Shown here: piece by piece, positions 8,485 to 16,054 of the stretch
How the letters are laid out: each line of letters opens with the position of its first letter
Position numbering within the stretch: the stretch's first letter is position 1
Source: a virus
Taxonomy: Duplodnaviria > Heunggongvirae > Uroviricota > Caudoviricetes
Length of the DNA stretch: 16,313 bases
Direction: 5' to 3' (one strand)
IMG/VR virus record: IMGVR_UViG_2609459861_000002
Span: 1-16,313 of that record
Made by a program: the position numbers and the translations under genes
Notes under the pieces: generated by a model
The model's input: the letters and a program-made list of their open reading frames with translations, nothing else
Databases searched by the model: none
What the model was told of the DNA's origin: nothing

Positions 8485-9341
8485 CTTATTATCCTGTATT
8501 GTTAAAAACAGCAGAATCCTATGTGACAACAATTAAACGATAGTTAAATGGATTGATGAAAATTAAAACTATATAGGTGTACGGTCAGACTATTGGAGGT
8601 AGTCTGGATTTGAATGTCAGTGTGTTGTCGGCATTATGGCAATGCAATTTGGATAAAGCGGGGATTAAAAAGATAGAGGCGAGCCGGTCAGGTAGAAATG
8701 AATCAGGCTCAAAGTGAAGCGGAAAAGGTCTTTGGCACAAACTGATGCTGCCATAATTACAGCCTGATGACTTGTGGAATGAAACATGTTGAACCTCCTT
8801 AATTGATGTTATTCGAGTGAGGAAGGCATTCTGTCCTCCTATACTGTCCAGTAAATCAAACAGGAAGCTTGTCTCACGTGTGAGACAAGCCTCTCCATTA
8901 GCGAGTTGTATTGATCACAACTCTTCAAAGAATTCATTACTGGGTAGATGAAAATAGTTTCACGATGAATGGAGGAGGCTATGTTGGTGGCTTCTTCATT
9001 GGAGTACATATGCCCCCACGAACCCCAAAAACCTGCCGTGTTCGCGGCTACCGCAATACCACCACAGATCCGTCAGGCTATTGCAAAAGCCACAAAAGCG
9101 AAGGCTGGAAGCAATACAAGCCGGGCCAGTCCTGTCATCAGCGCGGTTATGGTTCGCGGGGTTGTCCCTCATGCTCGCCAGTCCTGTGCGGGGGGGGGAA
9201 GAAACAGGACACTCACACAGATTTTTGTGGGTCGATGCTATTCCTTTCTGGATTATCCCGATGCCATTCATGCAAGGGCTGTATCAGACGTTCGTCATGG
9301 CTGTCAGGCTGACGGGTCCTCCCGGTGGGGGGGCCTGCCAC

Positions 9342-9528
9342 GGGGCGGGAGCGTCGCGGAAAAAGGCTAGTTTTTGCATTTTTATCGGCCACCATCATCT
9401 TTACATCTTATTGATTATTAATGATTATTTGTTTTTTGTATGTCGAATTGCGTGTTTTTTGTTCGACATCGAACGCGTTTTCTTAAAGTTGTTCGCACGA
9501 TGCATGTTTAAAGCTCTCCGGAGGAAAT
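9342..9528. other. candidate cos region (cosN-like core followed by A/T-rich cosB-like segment)
   Basis: CGGGGCGGGAGCGTCGCGG at 9341-9359 matches the lambda cosN core as I remember it (CGGGGCGGCGACCTCGCGG) in both flanks, differing in the central 5 nt; followed by an A/T-rich stretch with repeated TTCGA/TCGAA motifs, directly upstream of the small terminase gene. Confidence 0.4.
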
Positions 9529-10020
9529 ATGGATCATGAGTTGAAAAACCTGGTGCTGAATATTAATCAACTGGCGGCTTTATCTGGTCTGCACCGCCAG
9601 ACTGTCGTGGCAAGACTGAAAAACATTCGTCCCGCTGGTGGACATGACAAACTCAAGCTATACCGGTTGACCGATATTCTGACTGAATTTATGGGGTTAC
9701 CACCGCCGGTTGCTGAGGGCGAAATGGATCCACATGAACGCAAAGCCTGGTATCAGTCTGAACGTGAGCGTCTTAAGTTCGAACAGGAAACGGCACAACT
9801 CATTCCGGCCAGTGATGTCAGACGGGAGTTTGCCATCTGGGCAAAAGCGGTCGTGCAGGTGCTGGAGACATTACCGGATATTCTGGAACGTGACTGCGGC
9901 CTGCAGCCTGCTGCTGTGAGCCGTGTTCAGTCCATTATTGATGATCTGCGCGATCAGATAGCCCTGCGGGTGACCGAAGCAGGTGCGGATGATGAGGAGG
10001 AATTACAGCAGGAGGAGTAA
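9529..10020 (+). CDS. terminase small subunit (Nu1 family)
   Basis: 163-aa ORF with N-terminal HTH-like segment LNINQLAALSGLHRQTVVARLKNI and acidic C-terminus; stop overlaps the start of the large-terminase ORF (TAATG), the standard Nu1-A arrangement. Confidence 0.8.
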   Translation: MDHELKNLVLNINQLAALSGLHRQTVVARLKNIRPAGGHDKLKLYRLTDILTEFMGLPPPVAEGEMDPHERKAWYQSERERLKFEQETAQLIPASDVRREFAIWAKAVVQVLETLPDILERDCGLQPAAVSRVQSIIDDLRDQIALRVTEAGADDEEELQQEE

Positions 10021-11312
10021 TGCTGAATCAGGAAACCGCAAAGGCAGCACGAACCGATTCAGGTTATATCCTTCGCGCACCGAGACGAATGCGGGTTGCT
10101 GATGCCGTTGCTCAGTATATGCGAGTGCCCATGGGGGCCGGGAACTCAGTCCCGTGGGATCCGCTGGTGGCACCGTATGTTCTTGAGCCGATGAACTGCC
10201 TGGCCTCGCGTGAATACGACGCAGTGATATTTGTTGGTCCGGCACGAACCGGCAAGACTATCGGCCTGATTGACGGCTGGGTGATTTACAACGTGATTTG
10301 CGATCCTGCGGATATGCTGATCATTCAGATGACGGAGGAAAAAGCCCGCGAACACTCCAAAAAACGACTTGCCAGAACGTTTCGCGTCAGCCCGGAAGTG
10401 GTCAGTCGCCTGAGTCCGAACAAAAATGACAACAACGTTTATGACAGAACATTCCTTGCTGGCAACTACCTGAAAATCGGCTGGCCGTCAGTCAATATCA
10501 TGTCCTCATCAGATTATAAATGCGTGGCGCTGACGGATTATGACCGTTTTCCGGAAGATATTGATGGCGAGGGGGATGCCTTCTCTCTTGCCTCAAAACG
10601 TACCACCACATTTATGTCCAGTGGTATGACGCTGGTGGAGAGTTCCCCCGGCAGGGATGTGAAGGATGTGAAATGGCGACGGACTTCACCGCATGAGGCT
10701 CCACCAACCACGGGGATACTGTCGCTCTATAACCGTGGCGATCGCCGTCGCTGGTACTGGCCCTGTCCACACTGTGGTGAGTATTTTCAGCCCTGCGGCG
10801 ATGTGGTTGCTGGTTTCCGTGATATTGCCGATCCCGTGCTGGCAAGTGAGGCGGCTTATATTCAGTGTCCTTCCTGTTCAGGACGGATTATGCCTGAACA
10901 AAAACGTGAGCTGAACGGACGTGGGGTCTGGTTGCGGGATGGTGAATCCATCAATGCGGATGGCAGTCGTTATGGTGATCCCCGACGCTCACGTATTGCG
11001 TCATTCTGGATTCCACCCATTATCTTTAACGGAATAGCGTATAGCGATCCGGGAAGTGGTAATAACCCGGGAGGTACAAGATACACGGGTTATGGTTTTG
11101 AAGTTCGCAAAAACGGTGTATTAATCGCATCCAGAGAAACTAAAGGGGCCATTCCCGGTAGCTACAGTGCGGTTATTGATATGCCGAGTGGCAGGGGAAG
11201 CGTCACTCTGGAGTTTAAGGTTTTCCATAAAGGCAATCAGTGGGCAGGTAATATCACCGACTGTACGGTGATTGTGACCAAAAAAGCTGCTTCCGGCATC
11301 AGTATTCGTTGA
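10020..11312 (+). pseudogene. terminase large subunit (gpA family), N-terminal ATPase region only, fused in frame to about 100 unrelated codons
   Basis: Residues 1 to about 330 carry gpA-like landmarks (P-loop VGPARTGKT, CPHCGEYFQ zinc motif, GVWLRDG). Lambda gpA is about 640 aa; here the ORF ends at 430 aa and its last 100 residues do not resemble terminase. A hairpin-plus-T6 terminator and lom follow, which is the position of the J 3' end in lambda. Confidence 0.7.
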
Positions 11313-11333
11313 AGTTGTTATAACCCATATAAG

Positions 11334-11357
11334 GGCACCAGAAATGGTGCCTTTTTT
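11334..11357 (+). terminator. intrinsic terminator
   Basis: GGCACCA-GAAA-TGGTGCC stem-loop followed by TTTTTT. Confidence 0.7.
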
Positions 11358-11381
11358 ATTGCAGAAAAGCGAGAGGTAATT

Positions 11382-11981
11382 ATGCGTAAACTTTATGCCG
11401 CCATTTTGTCCGCAGCCATTTGTCTGGCCGTATCCGGTGCGCCTGCATGGGCATCTGAACATCAGTCCACGCTGAGCGCGGGGTATCTTCATGCCCGGAC
11501 CAACGTTCCCGGCAGCGATGATCTGAACGGGATTAACGTGAAATACCGTTATGAGTTTACGGACACACTGGGGCTGGTGACGTCATTCAGCTATGCAGGA
11601 GACAAGAATCGCCAGCTGACCCATTACAGCGATACCCGCTGGCATGAAGATTCCGTTCGTAACCGCTGGTTCAGCGTAATGGCGGGGCCGTCTGTGCGCG
11701 TGAATGAATGGTTCAGCGCGTATGCGATGGCGGGTATGGCTTACAGCCGTGTTTCGACTTTTTCCGGGGATTATCTCCGCGTAACTGACAACAAGGGGAA
11801 AACGCATGATGTGCTGACCGGAAGTGATGACGGTCGCCACAGCAACACGTCTCTGGCGTGGGGGGCTGGCGTGCAGTTTAACCCGACCGAATCCGTGGCC
11901 ATTGATATTGCTTATGAAGGCTCCGGCAGTGGCGACTGGCGCACTGACGGTTTCATCGTGGGGGTCGGTTATAAATTCTGA
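11382..11981 (+). CDS. lom: Lom outer-membrane protein (Ail/Lom/PagC family)
   Basis: 199 aa with signal peptide ending AWA/SEH and C-terminal IDIAYEGSGSGDWRTDGFIVGVGYKF, which I recall as identical to the lambda Lom C-terminus. Confidence 0.92.
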   Translation: MRKLYAAILSAAICLAVSGAPAWASEHQSTLSAGYLHARTNVPGSDDLNGINVKYRYEFTDTLGLVTSFSYAGDKNRQLTHYSDTRWHEDSVRNRWFSVMAGPSVRVNEWFSAYAMAGMAYSRVSTFSGDYLRVTDNKGKTHDVLTGSDDGRHSNTSLAWGAGVQFNPTESVAIDIAYEGSGSGDWRTDGFIVGVGYKF

Positions 11982-12008
11982 TTAGCCAGGTAACACAGTG
12001 TTATGACA

Positions 12009-12034
12009 GCCCGCCGGTTCAGGCGGGCTTTTTT
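12009..12034 (+). terminator. intrinsic terminator downstream of lom
   Basis: GCCCGCC-GGTTCA-GGCGGGC stem-loop followed by TTTTTT. Confidence 0.75.
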
Positions 12035-12045
12035 GTGGGGGGAAT

Positions 12046-15000
12046 ATGGCAGTAAAGATTTCAGGTGTACTGAAAGACGGCGCAGGTAAACCGGTACAGA
12101 ACTGCACAATCCAGCTGAAAGCAAAACGTAACAGCACCACGGTGGTGGCGAACACGGTGGCCTCAGAAAATCCGGATGAAGCCGGGCGTTACAGCATGGA
12201 CGTTGAGTACGGTCAGTACAGCGTTATTCTGTTGGTGGAAGGCTTCCCGCCATCGCATGCCGGGACCATCACCGTGTATGAAGACTCACAACCGGGTACG
12301 CTGAATGATTTTCTCGGTGCCATGACGGAGGATGATGTCCATCCGGAGGCACTGCGCCGCTTTGAACTGATGGTGGAAGAGGTGGCGCGTAACGCGTCCG
12401 CAGTGGCGCAGAACACAGCAGCCGCGAAGAAGTCAGCCAGCGATGCCGGCACATCAGCCCGTGAGGCGGCAACCCGTGCAACTGATGCTGCAGGCTCAGC
12501 ACGTGCAGCCAGCACGTCAGCCGGACAGGCCGCTTCGTCGGCTCAGTCAGCGTCTTCCAGCGCAGGAACGGCATCAACAAAGGCCACTGAAGCATCAAAA
12601 AGTGCTGCCGCTGCAGAGTCTTCAAAAAGCGCGGCAGCCACCAGTGCCGGTGCAGCGAAAACGTCAGAAACGAATGCCGCAGCATCACAAAAATCTGCGG
12701 CCACTTCTGCATCCACCGCGACCACGAAAGCGTCAGAAGCTGCCACCTCAGCCCGGGATGCGTCGGCTTCAAAAGTGGCGGCAAAATCATCAGAAACGAG
12801 CGCAGCCTCGAGCGCCGGCAGTGCAGCTTCCTCGGCAACGGCGGCAGGAAATTCCGCGAAGGCCGCAAAAACGTCTGAGATGAATGCGGATAACAGCGCA
12901 CAGGCGGCAGCAGACTCACAAACTGCATCGGCAAATTCCGCGACAGCAGCCAAAAAATCAGAAACCAACGCGAAAAATAGTGAGTCAGCAGCAAAGGTCA
13001 GCGAAACCAACGCTAAAGCGTCAGAGAACAAGGCGAAAGAATATCTCGACAAGGTCGGGGGACTCGTCAGCCCGATGACGCAATACGATTGGCCCGTTGT
13101 TACTGGTAATGAGTCTTTTTACATAAAGATCGCGAAACTTTCCGATCCCGGAAGCAACAATTGCCATGTAACGCTAATGGTTACTAACGGCGGTGACTAC
13201 AGCTCCCCTTACGGAAACATTGACTTTATCGAGATCTCGGCGCGCGGTCTGCCTTCTTCGCTTACTGCTGATAATGTATCTCGTTACCTGAGTATACGCC
13301 GTTTAGGGCCAACCGGGCTAATCAATAGCATGCAAATGCGTTACGGCCTGGTTAAAGATGATGGCTTTATTGAGGTTTGGGCCTTCCAGCGTGCATTTAT
13401 CAACGGCGCAAAGGTTGCGGTACTGGCGCAGACGGCACGCACGGAATTATACATTCCAGACGGATTTGTTAAGCAAACCGCCGCGCCTTCTGGATATGTT
13501 GAAAGCCCCGTTGTAAGGATTTACGACCAGTTAAACAAGCCGACTAAAGCAGATTTGGGCCTTTCTAATGCTATGCTTACAGGCGCTTTTGGTCTTGGCG
13601 GTAGCGGTCTTGTTTTGGATGGTAAAATGACCGATAAGGAACTACTACAAGAGCTAAGGGCGAAAGGTGGGTGTTTCTGGAGGTCAGGAAAACCAACAGG
13701 TAGCGAATCAACAATTTTCAGCCACGGTTCTGGTATATTCTCGCGGTGCGGCGATACGTGGTCAGCTATTAATATCGATTACGAAAGCGGTAGAGTAAAG
13801 ATTTACTCTAGTAACGATAATAGACTCAACAATGGTACTTTTAACATAAATGAGCTATACGGAACCAAATACAAGCCGTCGAAATCGGATGTTGGACTTG
13901 GTAACGTAACTAACGATGCGCAGGTGAAAAAATCCGGCGACATTATGTCAGGTGATCTGTCGATCACTAAAGCAACACCTTCACTATACCTGCGTTCAAA
14001 AAGTGGAACCGCCCATGTATGGTTCCAAAATGAGGATCAGTCGGAACGCGGCGTTATTTTTGCGCCTACAAATACTGATACGCTTGGCGAAGTTCACATC
14101 AGGGCTAAAAACGCAAAAGGTCAATCAAGTGGTGATTTTATTGTTCGTCACGACGGGATGGTTGAAGCCCGTGATCTCACATTAGCGGGTAAAACTAAAG
14201 GCGCAAAAGCAGAATTTGCAAACACAAGCACTAGCTCCGATGATACTACGGTAAGCATAAAAGGATCTCAGCATACTCCTCTGGTTTTAACGCGCAACAA
14301 CACAATTAAAAATTTATCCATTGGGTTTAAGGTTGATGACGTTGACCAAAAATATCTCGGCATATACGGTGACGGTGATTTGTATTTTGGTGGTTATTCT
14401 GACCACACAAAAAACAGCAAAGTAATTACACAAGCAATACTCGATAGCGGGGTAACGGTAGGCGGCAAAACAACATTTTCTGACCTTGCCACATTTAACG
14501 CAGGTATGTCTGGGCCTATCGAGCCGGAAGCCATTGAAGGCATGACTATCGATCTTAATGACCTTATCATTAAGTTCACGGATAAAGGTTCAGTTAAATA
14601 CTATCACTGCAAAACTGCCGGAGGCGGTTCGAATATTACCAATAAGCCTGACGGCGTAGGCGGCAACTTTTTGCTTCGTGTAGAGTCAATTCGTAAGGTT
14701 AGTGATTCAGATTATATAAACATGCAAACGCTGATTAGCGGCGACAAAGGACGCGTGCATGTTCGTTTTGTTACTAATGGTAATTGGACAGCATGGAGCG
14801 AGCATGTTGTTTCAGGATGGAATCAGGATGTGACCGTCAGGTCGTTAACCTCGACGACTCCATCAAAATTAGGCGGCGGGCGTGTTGATGTGCTGGGGAG
14901 TACGTCAGATTACAGTAGTATGAATTGTGCTGTGCGCGGTGTTGATAGCACTGGAACCAATTCGGCGTGGTCAGTAGGTACATCGAAAAACACGGGAAAA

Positions 15001-15804
15001 ATGTTGTGCCTTAAAAACCACAGAAGCAGCGCTCAAGTGCTGTTAAATGGCGATGATGGCGCGGTGCAACTACTAAGCGGTACTGTCAACGGTGCTACAG
15101 CACAGGCGCTAACCATCAACAAAGATGAGGTTAACTCAACTGCTGATTTAGTAATTAGAAAACAGTCAGGGACTGGCAATCGTTTTGTTTTAAAGAACGC
15201 AGGTAATGCAGAACTACCGTTTAACATCAGTGTATGGGGTTCAAGTGATCGACAAAACGTTTTTGAGGTTGGAACGTCTGCTGCGTATCTGTTTTATGCG
15301 CAAAGAACGCCAGCAGGCCAGTTGTTTGATGTAAATGGCGCTATTAATTGCACAACGCTGAATCAGTCATCAGACCGCGACCTTAAAGACGATATTCTCG
15401 TTATCAGCGACGCGACGAAAGCAATCCGCAAAATGAACGGGTACACCTACACGCTCAAGGAAAACGGCCTTCCTTATGCTGGCGTTATTGCACAGGAAGT
15501 AATGGAGGCGCTACCGGAAGCCGTAGGATCGTTTACTCGTTACGGTGAAGAATTGCAGGGTCCGACCATTGATGGCAACGAGCTACGCGAAGAAACGCGT
15601 TACCTCAATGTTGATTATGCGGCGGTGACTGGTTTACTTGTCCAGGTCGCCCGTGAAACAGATGATCGCGTTACCGCGCTGGAAGAGGAAAACACAACGC
15701 TACGTCAAAATCTGGCAACAGCAGACACCCGGATCAGCACTCTGGAAAATCAGGTAAGCGAACTGGTTGCACTTGTCCGGCAGTTAACAGGAAGCGAACA
15801 TTGA
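12046..15804 (+). CDS. stf: mosaic side tail fibre: lambda Stf-like N-terminus, divergent central domain, C-terminal intramolecular chaperone (peptidase S74-like) domain
   Basis: 1252-aa ORF. N-terminus MAVKISGVLKDGAGKPVQNCTIQLKA... is near-identical to lambda Stf as I recall it, followed by an Ala/Ser/Thr/Lys-rich repetitive shaft. Central region, from about residue 337, is unrelated. C-terminal 143 aa begin SS/DRDLK (Ser and Lys at i+5) and end in a heptad-like coiled coil, as in self-cleaving chaperone domains of endosialidase and T5 pb1-type fibres. Confidence 0.9.
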   Translation: MAVKISGVLKDGAGKPVQNCTIQLKAKRNSTTVVANTVASENPDEAGRYSMDVEYGQYSVILLVEGFPPSHAGTITVYEDSQPGTLNDFLGAMTEDDVHPEALRRFELMVEEVARNASAVAQNTAAAKKSASDAGTSAREAATRATDAAGSARAASTSAGQAASSAQSASSSAGTASTKATEASKSAAAAESSKSAAATSAGAAKTSETNAAASQKSAATSASTATTKASEAATSARDASASKVAAKSSETSAASSAGSAASSATAAGNSAKAAKTSEMNADNSAQAAADSQTASANSATAAKKSETNAKNSESAAKVSETNAKASENKAKEYLDKVGGLVSPMTQYDWPVVTGNESFYIKIAKLSDPGSNNCHVTLMVTNGGDYSSPYGNIDFIEISARGLPSSLTADNVSRYLSIRRLGPTGLINSMQMRYGLVKDDGFIEVWAFQRAFINGAKVAVLAQTARTELYIPDGFVKQTAAPSGYVESPVVRIYDQLNKPTKADLGLSNAMLTGAFGLGGSGLVLDGKMTDKELLQELRAKGGCFWRSGKPTGSESTIFSHGSGIFSRCGDTWSAINIDYESGRVKIYSSNDNRLNNGTFNINELYGTKYKPSKSDVGLGNVTNDAQVKKSGDIMSGDLSITKATPSLYLRSKSGTAHVWFQNEDQSERGVIFAPTNTDTLGEVHIRAKNAKGQSSGDFIVRHDGMVEARDLTLAGKTKGAKAEFANTSTSSDDTTVSIKGSQHTPLVLTRNNTIKNLSIGFKVDDVDQKYLGIYGDGDLYFGGYSDHTKNSKVITQAILDSGVTVGGKTTFSDLATFNAGMSGPIEPEAIEGMTIDLNDLIIKFTDKGSVKYYHCKTAGGGSNITNKPDGVGGNFLLRVESIRKVSDSDYINMQTLISGDKGRVHVRFVTNGNWTAWSEHVVSGWNQDVTVRSLTSTTPSKLGGGRVDVLGSTSDYSSMNCAVRGVDSTGTNSAWSVGTSKNTGKMLCLKNHRSSAQVLLNGDDGAVQLLSGTVNGATAQALTINKDEVNSTADLVIRKQSGTGNRFVLKNAGNAELPFNISVWGSSDRQNVFEVGTSAAYLFYAQRTPAGQLFDVNGAINCTTLNQSSDRDLKDDILVISDATKAIRKMNGYTYTLKENGLPYAGVIAQEVMEALPEAVGSFTRYGEELQGPTIDGNELREETRYLNVDYAAVTGLLVQVARETDDRVTALEEENTTLRQNLATADTRISTLENQVSELVALVRQLTGSEH
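12400..13050 (+). repeat. degenerate tandem coding repeats (Ala/Ser/Thr/Lys-rich shaft of the tail fibre)
   Basis: Recurring motifs KTSETNA, KSSETSA, KTSEMNA, KKSETNA, KVSETNA in the translation; GC-rich, and it generates long spurious ORFs in other frames and on the opposite strand. Confidence 0.6.
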
Positions 15805-15984
15805 TATCCTTCAAGCTCTGAAGGAGGCTGTTCCCGGTACGTTCAGACTGTTGTTGAGCTGGAGATCGCAACGGAGGAAGAAACCTCATTGCTGGAAGCC
15901 TGGAAAAAATATCGGGTGTTGCTGAACCGTGTTAATACAACAACTGCACCGGATATTGAGTGGCCAGAAGAACCTATAGGGTAA
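15805..15984 (+). pseudogene. tail fibre assembly protein (Tfa), 3' remnant without start codon
   Basis: The 60 codons immediately after the fibre TGA, in the same frame, end ...[36 protein letters not shown], which reads as a Tfa C-terminus; there is no ATG/GTG with an SD in this frame. Confidence 0.5.
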
Positions 15985-16054
15985 ATTCGTAATGATTACC
16001 TAAATACGTTATTCTTTTGTTCAAAAAGTGATTTTGCTATAGGTAGGGAGTATG

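Noticed and set aside
8911-9539. Individual CDS calls for the three overlapping plus-strand ORFs, and for the two minus-strand ORFs at 8996-9271 and 9213-9398
   Set aside because: All overlap one another in a GC-rich, homopolymer-containing block; none has a convincing start or a family I recognise. Reported as a finding rather than as genes.
12213-13078. Several long ORFs (100-241 aa) on both strands inside the tail-fibre repeat region
   Set aside because: They overlap the Ala/Ser-rich repetitive shaft of the fibre gene; GC-rich repeats keep alternative frames open. Translations are Pro/Arg/Leu/Gln-rich low-complexity and mutually overlapping.
13952-15227. Short ORFs 13952-14185 (+), 14394-14579 (-), 15033-15227 (-)
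   Set aside because: Fall within the 1252-aa tail-fibre coding sequence in other frames or on the other strand.
15802-15804. Programmed stop-codon readthrough joining the tail fibre to the tfa-like C-terminus
   Set aside because: In-frame continuation has a one-in-three chance expectation, there is no readthrough context I can recognise, and the chaperone domain is complete before the stop; a recombination scar is more parsimonious.
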